A DNA stretch of 39,015 nt, from contig JAOZMU010000001.1 in NCBI GenBank assembly GCA_029934165.1, forward strand, positions 1 to 39,015, in the 5' to 3' direction. Made by a program: the position numbers and the translations under genes. This DNA is from Bacteroidales bacterium (GTDB taxonomy: Bacteria; Bacteroidota; Bacteroidia; Bacteroidales; JAOZMU01). Below, piece by piece: positions 1 to 9,031 of the stretch. Every line of letters starts with the position of its first letter. The stretch's first letter is position 1. The notes below the pieces were generated by a model, which saw only the letters and a list, made by a program, of their open reading frames with translations, did no database searches and was not told the DNA's origin.

Positions 1-216
1 ATACGGACAAGCTTATCATCTAGCAGGTTCAGGGGGCGGACATATCCATTCAACATCTAATAATATAGAAGTTGTAGGATTTGGGGATGATTACATCGGG
101 AACATCAACGCTACAGAGACACTATACTCACATTTTGACGATATAGTAGCAGAGGATAATATTAATGGAGACGGTACATATTCATATGTGAACAGTCCTA
201 GTAATGGAGATTTACA
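1..216 (+). repeat. Left copy of a 216-bp imperfect direct repeat (partner 38800-39015)
   Basis: Ungapped alignment by eye to 38800-39015. I hand-counted about 25 mismatches, and the first 32 nt are identical. Confidence 0.9.
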
Positions 217-2749
217 GATGAGCGGTAATATCATTAAAAAGCTAATCAACATTACAGCTGATTATGATGAAACTGAAAGTTGGGAGTTTGGAATATTAAG
301 TGCTAATTCATCAACAATAGATATAACAGCGACACTTAACACAGCATATTTTGCAGATGTTCCAAGTGGAGCAACTAAGACTTTTGTGAATGCAGGAACA
401 ACTAAAAACTTCATACTTGACCCAAACGGAGCAACTTGGGGAGGTTCTACACAAGAAAGAGTCATTTATCCGGGTGGATATATCATTCTTGAAAGAGTAG
501 GAGGAGAAGGAATTATTATCGCCTCACATAATACAAGTTTTAATATTGATATTGATAGTATCGACAATCCAAGTTTTCATGTTGATTTCTCTGACGCAAG
601 TTCAGTAACAACTGACGGAAGCAATCACATCACGCAAGTAGTAGATAGTGTAAATTCTTGGAATGGTACACCGTCTTCGGTTACAGGAGTTAATTATCTT
701 ACAGCCTCGCAAAACGGATTAAGCACAGCACAATGGGATACTAATAATACTCCTCTTAGTTTTGGGGATAATGACATTAACAGCAATACAGCAGGAAGAG
801 GAATGACAATTATTGCGGTAGTGAAAGCTGATAACACAGGTGACGCAATAATGTCAAAGTATTATGACGCTACACCTCAAAGAGAATGGAGGTTTTACAC
901 AAATAATATAACAATTTACAGTAATTTAGATTCTAGTGGCAATGAAGCAACAGTTAATTATTCTTCTAATTATGGCGAGTGGCAGATACTACAAATAGAA
1001 TGGGTGCCAGGTGAAAGAGCGACAGCTTATAAAAATGGGTTCTTAATGGGAACTTCAAGCTATGATGTTGCAACTATTCCGTCAGGTACAGCAGACCTTT
1101 TAATAGGAGCAAGCGATTTGGTTGGAGCAGACTTTATGGGAGAAATTGGGGAAGTATGGGCTTTTTCTGATACATTAACAGCAGACGAAAGAGCCTCAGT
1201 AACTTCTAAATTAGGAGCTAAATGGGATATAGACACAGCAACGCCAAGCTCAAGTGATTCAAGTCCTTTTGGTAGAAACAGTGATACAGAAACCATTAAG
1301 CCACTAATTGACAATGACAACCTAGATATTGGTACGGGAGTTTTTGATGGAATTATTGGAGACGGCACAGAACTAGAAACAAGTGCGGCACCAACAACAG
1401 ACGCAGGGATTGCAAATAAGAAATACGTTGATGATAATGGTGGCGGAGGATTGACTTGGGGGGATAGTATTACGGATACGAGTGGGGTTGGGGTGACAAC
1501 AACTATCGGTAATTCTGCAGACGCAGGGACTATTGGACAAAGCATAGTGATTGGGGGCACGCAGACAGATAGCTTAACAGGATTGAATATAAATACAGGA
1601 ACGAGCACTGCACCTATTTCTGCACTAACAATAGTAGCTAAAAACTCTCCATATAATAGCTATTACAAAAGGGGAGGGGTTAATATAAATTCATTCTCCT
1701 CAGCTACACAGGCTAATGTATCCACGCATAATTTCACAGACTCTGTTTTGCTCGGATATAATTACAACACGAAAGACAACTCATATTCGAGGCTGCTTTT
1801 TATCCAGAATGAAAACAACTCCTATGGGATAACAAGGTACAATACGGGGATATACCTAAGAAACAAAGAGACAAAAACAAACCCATACACAATAGATGCA
1901 ATAAACAATATTTCAACAGGTTATGGTATTTTCGTAGAGCAAAGAGGTACTGCAGGAAGTGCTATCGGTGTGTACGGAAAAAGCAATCTAAACTCCTCAA
2001 CAAGCGGCTTAGTTAACTATACCCTATCCAACACCCAATCCTCCGTCACAGTAATGCAAAAAATCGACCTCGGCACATCCGCCCAAGGTCACACAGGACT
2101 CTTGATAAATGCTAAGGGGGCGAGTTCGAGTCAGAAGGGGATTAAGGTTGATATGGGAACTTCTGGCACGGGTGTTGCATATTATGCTAGTGCAAGTGTA
2201 AATGGTGGTGCTGGCAGTGCTTTATTTAAAGGGCTTCTTGGTGGTAATTATGATGGATATGGAATAAAAATAGATGAGGTACTGGGGGGAGAAGGTGAAT
2301 CACATTATGAGGTGATGAAAGACTCAGGGAACCCAGGCGCTGCTGTATTAAGCAATATAACTGCCACATGGGCAAGTTCAGCACTTGTGAATAGGTCAAT
2401 AGACACGAACAACATGGCTGTATCTAGAGCTAATACAGGAGCTTATGCAAAATCTGACAACTACAACTTACTCAAGCTAAAAAGAACTTCTATAATGAAC
2501 AATGCCGGGGGTTCGCTTGCGGGAGCTGGTTCAGTGCTAGCAATTGAAAACGTAGCAACACAAACATCAGGAACACTAACCGACTCAGTAGCAGTCCTAA
2601 AACTAACTCAAGACAACGATTCCACAGGTGGACACATCCTAATGAACGCATATTCAGGAACTCCGACAACAGACGGAACTTTCTATTTTGACGGAAGCGA
2701 CTTCAAAGCACGAATCGGCGGAACAACTTACACATTTACTAAAACTTAA
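2..2749 (+). CDS. Fibre/spike-like protein, C-terminal ~915 aa, 5-prime end open at the window edge, with a LamG/ConA-like jelly-roll domain at about nt 560-1220
   Basis: The frame is open from nt 2 (YGQAYHLAGSGGGH...), whereas the ORF track starts only at GTG 188. GMTIIAVVKADN..EWRFYT..WQILQIEW..LLIGA..FMGEIGEVWAF resembles Laminin_G_3/ConA-like domains. The rest is G/S/T/N-rich, like phage fibres. Confidence 0.75.
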   Translation, partial: YGQAYHLAGSGGGHIHSTSNNIEVVGFGDDYIGNINATETLYSHFDDIVAEDNINGDGTYSYVNSPSNGDLQMSGNIIKKLINITADYDETESWEFGILSANSSTIDITATLNTAYFADVPSGATKTFVNAGTTKNFILDPNGATWGGSTQERVIYPGGYIILERVGGEGIIIASHNTSFNIDIDSIDNPSFHVDFSDASSVTTDGSNHITQVVDSVNSWNGTPSSVTGVNYLTASQNGLSTAQWDTNNTPLSFGDNDINSNTAGRGMTIIAVVKADNTGDAIMSKYYDATPQREWRFYTNNITIYSNLDSSGNEATVNYSSNYGEWQILQIEWVPGERATAYKNGFLMGTSSYDVATIPSGTADLLIGASDLVGADFMGEIGEVWAFSDTLTADERASVTSKLGAKWDIDTATPSSSDSSPFGRNSDTETIKPLIDNDNLDIGTGVFDGIIGDGTELETSAAPTTDAGIANKKYVDDNGGGGLTWGDSITDTSGVGVTTTIGNSADAGTIGQSIVIGGTQTDSLTGLNINTGTSTAPISALTIVAKNSPYNSYYKRGGVNINSFSSATQANVSTHNFTDSVLLGYNYNTKDNSYSRLLFIQNENNSYGITRYNTGIYLRNKETKTNPYTIDAINNISTGYGIFVEQRGTAGSAIGVYGKSNLNSSTSGLVNYTLSNTQSSVTVMQKIDLGTSAQGHTGLLINAKGASSSQKGIKVDMGTSGTGVAYYASASVNGGAGSALFKGLLGGNYDGYGIKIDEVLGGEGESHYEVMKDSGNPGAAVLSNITATWASSALVNRSIDTNNMAVSRANTGAYAKSDNYNLLKLKRTSIMNNAGGSLAGAGSVLAIENVATQTSGTLTDSVAVLKLTQDNDSTGGHILMNAYSGTPTTDGTFYFDGSDFKARIGGTTYTFTKT

Positions 2750-2751
2750 TT

Positions 2752-3285
2752 ATGAAAACAAAAACAATCACAACAAACCTAACTACAGCGGCGGTAGCAA
2801 TCGGGGCAACCTTATTAATCAGCACATCTAAACCAGTCGAAATAGGGGAATCACGGGTTACTACTCAGACAGAGCAATCCGCTGTGGTTGTAACAAAAAC
2901 ATCGGAAGCGAACAGAGAGATTAAAGTGCTAAAAAAGCAGTTCGACAAGCAGACAGGGCAGGAATTAGCCCCACTTGTTTTTACTTATAATTCTGATTCG
3001 ATTAAGTTAGACATCAAAGGAAAGCAAGATGATATTGTAAAGATTCAAGCAGAAATTAAGAGAGTACAGGGATTGATGAGTAGTGCTACAGGAAGTGGAG
3101 ATATAGTAATTACAACCAAGCAGTTCTCTCCTGAGACTGGAGAGGAATTGAGTCCATTGGTTGAAACTTACAAAGTCGAAGAAGCTGAAAAACAAATTGA
3201 AGGTGGACAAGAAGCAGTAACGGCAATCACTGCACAAATAGCGGAGTTAAATGCACTTTTAGCAGAATCCAATAAACTGAAATAG
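2752..3285 (+). CDS. Membrane-anchored coiled-coil protein with an internal duplication
   Basis: The N-terminal hydrophobic segment is TAAVAIGATLLIS. Two related segments are present (KKQFDKQTGQELAPLVFTY and TKQFSPETGEELSPLVETY). The start lies 2 nt after the fibre stop. Confidence 0.6.
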   Translation: MKTKTITTNLTTAAVAIGATLLISTSKPVEIGESRVTTQTEQSAVVVTKTSEANREIKVLKKQFDKQTGQELAPLVFTYNSDSIKLDIKGKQDDIVKIQAEIKRVQGLMSSATGSGDIVITTKQFSPETGEELSPLVETYKVEEAEKQIEGGQEAVTAITAQIAELNALLAESNKLK

Positions 3286-3288
3286 TCG

Positions 3289-3558
3289 ATGAAAAAACTT
3301 ATTTCTGAGCAATCTGTTTTGATAAATGTCACAACAGTTGTAACAGTCCTCTCTGCCGTTTTCTGGTTCTCATGGAGCACAAGCGAGCATTTCGCGCAAA
3401 CCAAATCAAACACAATAATGGTCGAGGAGTGCCATGCGAAGATTGACGGATGCATGGATTTAGCAGAGCGCATATCGGTCGCTGAAACGGAAATAAAGCA
3501 CCTTAGAGAAATGAAGGAAGATATTAAAGACCTACATGAATTCATAATTGGAAAATAG
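3289..3558 (+). CDS. Small single-pass membrane protein
   Basis: 89-aa ORF with a TM-like segment LINVTTVVTVLSAVFWFSW. It is packed tightly between its neighbours. Confidence 0.55.
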   Translation: MKKLISEQSVLINVTTVVTVLSAVFWFSWSTSEHFAQTKSNTIMVEECHAKIDGCMDLAERISVAETEIKHLREMKEDIKDLHEFIIGK

Positions 3559-4332
3559 ATGTACACAACAACTTCAAAGGTTCGGGAGTTATCTGGGTTC
3601 GATGATGTAACATTGATCCCTGACTCAATAGTGAGTGGGAAAATTTCTGCTGCAGAAGGAATGTTCGATTCGGCCTGTGCTTCAATCTACACCTTGCCGT
3701 TTACCTACCGAATTCAAAATACTTTGACGTTTTCAGGAGTTGGGGTAGGAGGTGACACAATGACAATTACGATCAATGGGACTGGATACGATATTGCAAT
3801 TACAGCAGACCTAACTGCATCTGAAGCTGCGGATTTGTTTAGGATTTCTGCAATTGGTTCAGCGGACTTTAAGGTGGTTGACAGTATTGGGGGAGGCGAA
3901 GTTGTGACAATTGTGAGCCTTACAACTTCCTCATCTCTTACAACTGCACTGGCTGAGGTGAATATTACCGATGCATCGACTACAGAAGGAGTTTCTGGAA
4001 CAATTGGAACTCGCGAGAATAGGTATGCACCAATAATTGACCAAATCACTGCGGAAATGGCAGCCGCATTATTGTTGATTGATAATTACGGAATAGAAGC
4101 TCAAGATACTCCGAAGGACGGAAGGACTCGAATAGATATGATTAATGAGACTTTGCAGAAGATTCAGCAAGTTCACGAATCCGGGCAAGTTATCAAATTA
4201 TTTGATGAGATCACAAAAGAGGAATTGGCAATTTCCGCATCTGGTTCGTCTGGATTTCTGCCAAACGTAACAACAAATAATGATACTGATGATCCAACAT
4301 CTGCTAAAATAGGAATAAATAAAGTATTCTAA
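3559..4332 (+). CDS. Head-tail connector-like protein (Mu gp36/DUF1320-like N-terminus)
   Basis: The N-terminus YTTTSKVRELSGFDDVTLIPDS..ISAAEGMFDSACASIYTLPF matches the DUF1320 pattern (..l.ltdd...i..ai..a...id.y...rY.lPf). The position upstream of a Mu-G-like gene agrees. Confidence 0.5.
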   Translation: MYTTTSKVRELSGFDDVTLIPDSIVSGKISAAEGMFDSACASIYTLPFTYRIQNTLTFSGVGVGGDTMTITINGTGYDIAITADLTASEAADLFRISAIGSADFKVVDSIGGGEVVTIVSLTTSSSLTTALAEVNITDASTTEGVSGTIGTRENRYAPIIDQITAEMAAALLLIDNYGIEAQDTPKDGRTRIDMINETLQKIQQVHESGQVIKLFDEITKEELAISASGSSGFLPNVTTNNDTDDPTSAKIGINKVF

Positions 4333-4333
4333 A

Positions 4334-4801
4334 ATGAAGTTCAATGTAAACGCTGATACAAGAGCAGCGGAGAGAATGTTTAGCAATGCGATAAAAGCAG
4401 TTGAGAATTCGACAAAACCATTGAAGGACACTCGAAAAATGCAACTTAGAGAAATTGACAATGCCTTCAATGTTGCGGGTAAAAATATCACAGGACAGCC
4501 TTGGAAAAAACTCAGACCGAACTACTTAAAATCAAAGATTGCATCCGGATTTCTAACGCCAATTCTAGTCCGGACCGGAAAAATGCGAAAATCTTTTAAA
4601 TCGATTGAACTTAAAAAAGATAGTCTCAAGGTGACAAGTGTGGGCGTTCCATATTTCAAAGACCATCAGCTGGGAAAATCTGGGGGAACATTCAAGGCAA
4701 GACTTCCACGCCGTCAAATGCTCGGACACTCAAAGGCAATGATTGACAAGACTTTAAAAATATTTGGAGATTATATATATAAAAAAATTAAGAATGGATG
4801 A
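4334..4801 (+). CDS. Virion morphogenesis / tail completion protein (Mu gpG-like)
   Basis: The pattern F..AGKNITGQPWKKL...Y...K......IL..TGKM..S....L...SLKV.S.GVPY...HQ.G......LP.R..LG resembles the Mu G family. The gene ends in TGA and overlaps the next start (ATGGATGA). Confidence 0.5.
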   Translation: MKFNVNADTRAAERMFSNAIKAVENSTKPLKDTRKMQLREIDNAFNVAGKNITGQPWKKLRPNYLKSKIASGFLTPILVRTGKMRKSFKSIELKKDSLKVTSVGVPYFKDHQLGKSGGTFKARLPRRQMLGHSKAMIDKTLKIFGDYIYKKIKNG

Positions 4802-5264
4802 TATAATCAGTGAAATCATAACATTGCTCCAGACTCAGTTTGGAAGCGAATATAAAAAATATTTTTACGGCGAAAATATTATTCCTGAACAAGCTATTTT
4901 TCCATTTCTTGAAGTTGTACCGGAATCGACTTCAGTCAATAATCGTGGAACGGGAGGAACGAAAAACAATCAATTTTCCGTAAAAATAAAAATCAAAGAC
5001 ACAATAAAAAACTTTCTCAATCACGACACAAACCAAACACAACACGAAGCAATGCAAAAAACGGTTCAGAGAATGGAAGAGCGAGATGGAGGAAATTTTA
5101 AAAGCACAAGTGTTCTTTATGTTTTGGCAAATAATCTAAAACTAGGTGGAAAGGCAAACATAAGTGATGATTGGAAAATTAGCTATGACTCTTTGCCTTT
5201 CAATGGTTCTTATATTATAATGAGTTCAGTTACTTTTAATGTTAATTTATTGTCGTATGTCTAA
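4794..5264 (+). CDS. Neck/tail-joining protein (hypothetical)
   Basis: I place the start at ATG 4794 (MDDIISE...), which overlaps the upstream TGA. The longer track ORF from 4764 would overlap by 38 nt. Confidence 0.5.
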   Translation: MDDIISEIITLLQTQFGSEYKKYFYGENIIPEQAIFPFLEVVPESTSVNNRGTGGTKNNQFSVKIKIKDTIKNFLNHDTNQTQHEAMQKTVQRMEERDGGNFKSTSVLYVLANNLKLGGKANISDDWKISYDSLPFNGSYIIMSSVTFNVNLLSYV

Positions 5265-5373
5265 AGATTACGAATTAGAAAAAACTGAAAAAAACGGCAC
5301 CGAAAAAGTCGTTGTTAAAATGGTAGAAAAACAGCCGAAAAACACCAAAAAAATAGCGGAAAAAGAATTGTAA
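5257..5373 (+). CDS. Small lysine-rich ORF (38 aa)
   Basis: Reads MSKDYELEKTEKNGTEKVVVKMVEKQPKNTKKIAEKEL. Its ATG overlaps the previous TAA (ATGTCTAA). It falls below the ORF-track length cutoff. Confidence 0.3.
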   Translation: MSKDYELEKTEKNGTEKVVVKMVEKQPKNTKKIAEKEL

Positions 5374-5391
5374 TTTTTAACTTTTAGAAAT

Positions 5392-6936
5392 ATGTCAAAT
5401 TTTGCTCCATACTCCAATTATGGATATATCTCAATTGAGCCAGAAGTCGAGGAAGGCGTGGTTGTCGTTCCAACCAATTATTTGCGGATAGTTAGCGAAT
5501 CACTTTTACCAAGTTTTAATATTTCACCGGTCCAAGAGGTCGCTGGAGACAGGGAGCGAAACATTCGCTCAATCAAAGACCAAATTGAAATGAGTGGAGA
5601 CATTGTTTTTTATGTCGAACCAAATATGATTGGTCATTTTTTAATGGGAGTTTTTGGAGTTCCAACAACACAAGAGCTGACTGCTGATGTTGCATATCGC
5701 CATATTTTCGAAGTCACAGATACACCAAAAACTTATACAATTGACTGTAAGGTTGCGGATGCTCCGTGGGTCCATAGATTCTGGGGTGTTAAAGTTAATC
5801 AATTGGCACTTGAGGCTTTTGATAATAAAATTCAATGCACAGCTTCGTTAATGCCACGGAAGGCATTCATTACAGCTCAAGTTACGGTTGAAGCTAGTTC
5901 CGGAACAACCTTAACAGTCGACCAGACAAGTGGATTGACCACAAGTGATACAATCTTGATTTTGGATAAAGATGATTGCTACACCACAGTGAAAGAATTG
6001 ACAATTACAAGCATTGATTCTGAAACACAACTAACAACTTCCACGATTGATGCAACTCTTGAAGTAGGGGATTTGATGGTAATCAAAAAATCAACTGCTG
6101 ATTATGACCAATTGCCAGTGGTAACCTGGCTTGGTGGTTCGGAGGTTTCAGTTGGAGATGATATTGATAATTTGACTGTTGAGGATAAGGAAAATTTTAA
6201 TCTCACTTATGTAAATGAGGTTGAAGCCAAATATGGAAGTGGGAAAGAAGAAATTTCAAGATTTCCAACAGATGTAATCACAAAGGGATATTCTGGGTCC
6301 GGCAATCTTTCAAGATTCTATGATTCAGAACTAAATCTTGCTCGATTACGTCAAAATGTTAAATCTGCTTTGCGTGTGTGCATGCAAGGGGAAACTGCAC
6401 TTGAAGCAAACAGTGCAATTAAGGCAAGCTCAACATTCGGATCAACTGCAAACGGATTTAAGGTTGAGGCTTCGGCAGCTGGACAAGCAGGAAATGAACT
6501 AAATGTCACAATGGTGATTGCCGTTGATGATACTTTAGCGGTCGAAAAAACAGATAATAACATTCTTGTAAGTCTTGCGAACACAACAGCAAGCAAAAAC
6601 ACCGGAACATTAATTGCAGCGGCTCTCGATGCATTGTCTGGAGTTGATGCAGCTGCGGAAGGCACTGGAGCGGAAGAATTTATTACAGAACTTGATAATA
6701 CAAACATTGGATTTTCTGGCAACACTGACGTTGTGGGAAGAGATGCAAGCGAAAAGCCTTATATCCTGTTCGACAATGCGGATGTAAGAACTGATGCATA
6801 CTTTGTAAACAATTCGGAAGACTCGATTGTAATGGAAGAAATTCCACTTACTTTTTATAAAGATGTTGAGTCGGGTGACCAATCTAAAAAATGGAGCACA
6901 AGAGTGTTTCTTGTGAATGGAGTAGCTTCTTATTAA
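5392..6936 (+). CDS. Putative major tail protein
   Basis: 514-aa ORF immediately upstream of the chaperone-frameshift-tape-measure trio. The call rests on position only. Confidence 0.45.
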   Translation: MSNFAPYSNYGYISIEPEVEEGVVVVPTNYLRIVSESLLPSFNISPVQEVAGDRERNIRSIKDQIEMSGDIVFYVEPNMIGHFLMGVFGVPTTQELTADVAYRHIFEVTDTPKTYTIDCKVADAPWVHRFWGVKVNQLALEAFDNKIQCTASLMPRKAFITAQVTVEASSGTTLTVDQTSGLTTSDTILILDKDDCYTTVKELTITSIDSETQLTTSTIDATLEVGDLMVIKKSTADYDQLPVVTWLGGSEVSVGDDIDNLTVEDKENFNLTYVNEVEAKYGSGKEEISRFPTDVITKGYSGSGNLSRFYDSELNLARLRQNVKSALRVCMQGETALEANSAIKASSTFGSTANGFKVEASAAGQAGNELNVTMVIAVDDTLAVEKTDNNILVSLANTTASKNTGTLIAAALDALSGVDAAAEGTGAEEFITELDNTNIGFSGNTDVVGRDASEKPYILFDNADVRTDAYFVNNSEDSIVMEEIPLTFYKDVESGDQSKKWSTRVFLVNGVASY

Positions 6937-6961
6937 TTTATATTTTATAAAAAACAGCCAC

Positions 6962-7336
6962 ATGATTTTTTTATCTGAAGAGAGAGAGAAAATTGGTTTA
7001 ATTGAGGATATTTGGGTGGAAATAAAAAGCGAAATTAGTTGGGAAGATTTGGCAAATTACGAATTAAGGAAAAACGAAATAGAGGGAGGGAAAAATATTC
7101 TTTGTACATTTATTGTTGATTGGAACATTAAATTTCCCGGAGGAGAGAAGGCAGAAATAAACGAAACAAATATAATGAAAATTAAGCCTGAGTTTTTGTT
7201 AAAAATTCAGAGCGTTATTAGGGGAAAAATGTTGGCTCAAAAAAAAAATGTGGAGTCAGTGAAGAAGAAACAAGAAGAAAAACAGTCGAATTCACAGAAG
7301 CAATCAAAGGCAAACGAGGGAGTTCAAGATGGATAG
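6962..7336 (+). CDS. Tail assembly chaperone (G-like)
   Basis: Acidic N-terminal half and K/Q-rich tail, directly upstream of the tape measure gene. It contains an A10 slippery run near its 3-prime end. Confidence 0.6.
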   Translation: MIFLSEEREKIGLIEDIWVEIKSEISWEDLANYELRKNEIEGGKNILCTFIVDWNIKFPGGEKAEINETNIMKIKPEFLLKIQSVIRGKMLAQKKNVESVKKKQEEKQSNSQKQSKANEGVQDG

Positions 7337-7491
7337 ATTATGTAATGAGTGAGAAATTTGGTTTAGATTGGAGGAAATATGAGAACGAGAGAATGCATGA
7401 TTTCATTCACATTTTAGCAATACAAAATAACATGCAAAAAAATGGAAAAAGTAAAAACGGATCTAATACTAAACACCGAGGTCAAAGGTAG
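7239..7491 (+). other. Candidate -1 programmed frameshift site (A10, 7239-7248) plus the -1 frame extension (G-T-like product)
   Basis: The -1 frame is open from 7222 to TAG 7489-7491. A_AAA_AAA at 7240-7246 fits the X_XXY_YYZ pattern in the zero frame (caa aaa aaa aat). Confidence 0.5.
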
Positions 7492-9031
7492 CACCAAAAG
7501 TAGAGCAGAACTTGAAAGTGTGAACAAGGGGCTTTCTGGATTGTCAAAAAGTGCAAAATCATTAACTCTTGCCCTTGGTGCAGCTGGACTTGGGGGGGTG
7601 ATGGTTGGTGCGATTAACAAGGCAAGAGAGTTTGAAAAATCAATGTCAAAAGTTGAAGCCATTACTGAATCAACTGCTTCTGAAATGGAGGGGTTGACTG
7701 ATTTGGCAAAAGAGATGGGAAAGACAACGGTTTTCACAGCGAGTGAAGCAGCCGATGCCATGACTTTTTTGGGAATGGCTGGTTTTGAGACTGAACAAAT
7801 TATGGATTCGCTTGCGGGGACTCTTAACCTTGCGGCGGCTTCCGGAATAGATTTAGGAAGAGCTGCGGATATTTCTTCAAATATTTTAACCGGTTTCGGG
7901 AAAGATGCAAAAGAAATTGGAAAAGTTGTTGATGTTTTAGCTAAAACGGTAACAAGCTCAAATACTGATATGGAACAGTTGGCCGAGGCGATGAAGTATA
8001 TCGCTCCAATGGCCAATACGATGGGGATTAGTATAGAAGAGACTGCGGCAGCCGTGGGAATACTCGGAGATGCTGGATTACAGGGTAGTATGGCAACAAG
8101 GGCCTTAGGGACTTCACTTGCAAGACTTTCAGACCCTACAACTAAAATGGCTGGAGCAATTGAGAATGCAGGACTTGAGGCTTTTGATACTTCGGGGAAA
8201 TTTGTTGGTTTGGCGAGTGTTATTGAGCAGCTTGAAGTCGGGCTTGCCGATATGACAGAGCAGCAAAGAGTCGCAACTCTTTCGATTATTTTCGGGAAAG
8301 ATGCATTAAAAAACTGGTCAACATTAGTAAGCGCTGGCTCTGAAGATTTGCGAGAGTTTACGACTGAATTAGAAAATTCAGGTGATACTGCTCAAAAAAT
8401 GGCAGATACTCAGATAGATAATCTTGACGGGTCGGTTAGGCTCCTTAATTCTGCGGTTGACGGATTGGCAATATCTTTCGGAGAGGCAATGACACCGGCG
8501 ATTAGAGAATCAGCTGATATGCTTACAGACTTCACAGGAGTAATCACAGAGAATGAGGAAGGGGTTGCTATGCTCGGAAAAGCTATCTCAATTTTAATTG
8601 CAGTTCCATTAAACGGGCTTGTGATTATTTTGCAAAAAACGACCGAGTGGGGAAAAGCTGCTGGAGGTGCTTTATATGATTTAATTCAAACGGCAAAAGA
8701 AGTCGGTTCTGCTGTTAGTAATGCAATTAATTCAATACAATCAAAATTAGCGGAAACATCCCTTATTCAGTACACAGCCGGAGTTAAAGGATATGAAGCC
8801 CCTGTTGTTTCTGGTGAGAGGGCAAAAGGTGGCCCTGTAAATTCAGGGGAAACTTATTTAGTCGGCGAAAGGGGGCCAGAATTATTCACGCCTTCAATTC
8901 CGGGGAATATCACTCCAAATAATAAGATGGGGGGAATGACAATCAATATTTCTGGAATTTTTGGAAGCGATGCAGTGGACGAAATTGGCGATGCCATCGT
9001 GCAACGGCTTACGCAATCTTACGCAATATAA
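7442..9031 (+). CDS. Tail tape measure protein
   Basis: KVEAITESTASEMEGLTDLAKEMGKTTVFTASEAADAMTFLGMAGF matches the TP901-type tape-measure core. The protein is helix-rich with a Gly-rich C-terminus. Confidence 0.85.
   Translation: MEKVKTDLILNTEVKGSTKSRAELESVNKGLSGLSKSAKSLTLALGAAGLGGVMVGAINKAREFEKSMSKVEAITESTASEMEGLTDLAKEMGKTTVFTASEAADAMTFLGMAGFETEQIMDSLAGTLNLAAASGIDLGRAADISSNILTGFGKDAKEIGKVVDVLAKTVTSSNTDMEQLAEAMKYIAPMANTMGISIEETAAAVGILGDAGLQGSMATRALGTSLARLSDPTTKMAGAIENAGLEAFDTSGKFVGLASVIEQLEVGLADMTEQQRVATLSIIFGKDALKNWSTLVSAGSEDLREFTTELENSGDTAQKMADTQIDNLDGSVRLLNSAVDGLAISFGEAMTPAIRESADMLTDFTGVITENEEGVAMLGKAISILIAVPLNGLVIILQKTTEWGKAAGGALYDLIQTAKEVGSAVSNAINSIQSKLAETSLIQYTAGVKGYEAPVVSGERAKGGPVNSGETYLVGERGPELFTPSIPGNITPNNKMGGMTINISGIFGSDAVDEIGDAIVQRLTQSYAI

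Noticed and set aside
1-216. Diversity-generating retroelement (template/variable repeat pair) in the fibre gene
   Set aside because: There is no reverse transcriptase anywhere in the window. Mismatches between the copies are not adenine-specific and are mostly synonymous third-position changes, the opposite of DGR mutagenesis.
5392-7336. Contractile-tail reading (514-aa sheath plus 124-aa tube), suggested by the Mu-like head genes
   Set aside because: Only three ORFs follow the tape measure gene, with no gp25/gp6/J-like baseplate wedge set. The 124-aa protein has chaperone-like charge layout and the slippery site. A non-contractile tail is more consistent.
7414-8016. Long antisense or overlapping track ORFs inside strong genes (e.g. 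1060-1608 -, 7414-8016 -, 10639-11079 -, 24402-25115 +, 34946-35395 -, 29798-30115 +, 37109-37303 +, 21945-22166 -)
   Set aside because: Each lies wholly within a better-supported gene on the other strand or frame and has low-complexity composition (S/F/L/I-rich or K/R-rich mirror of E/K-rich genes). They are shadow ORFs.
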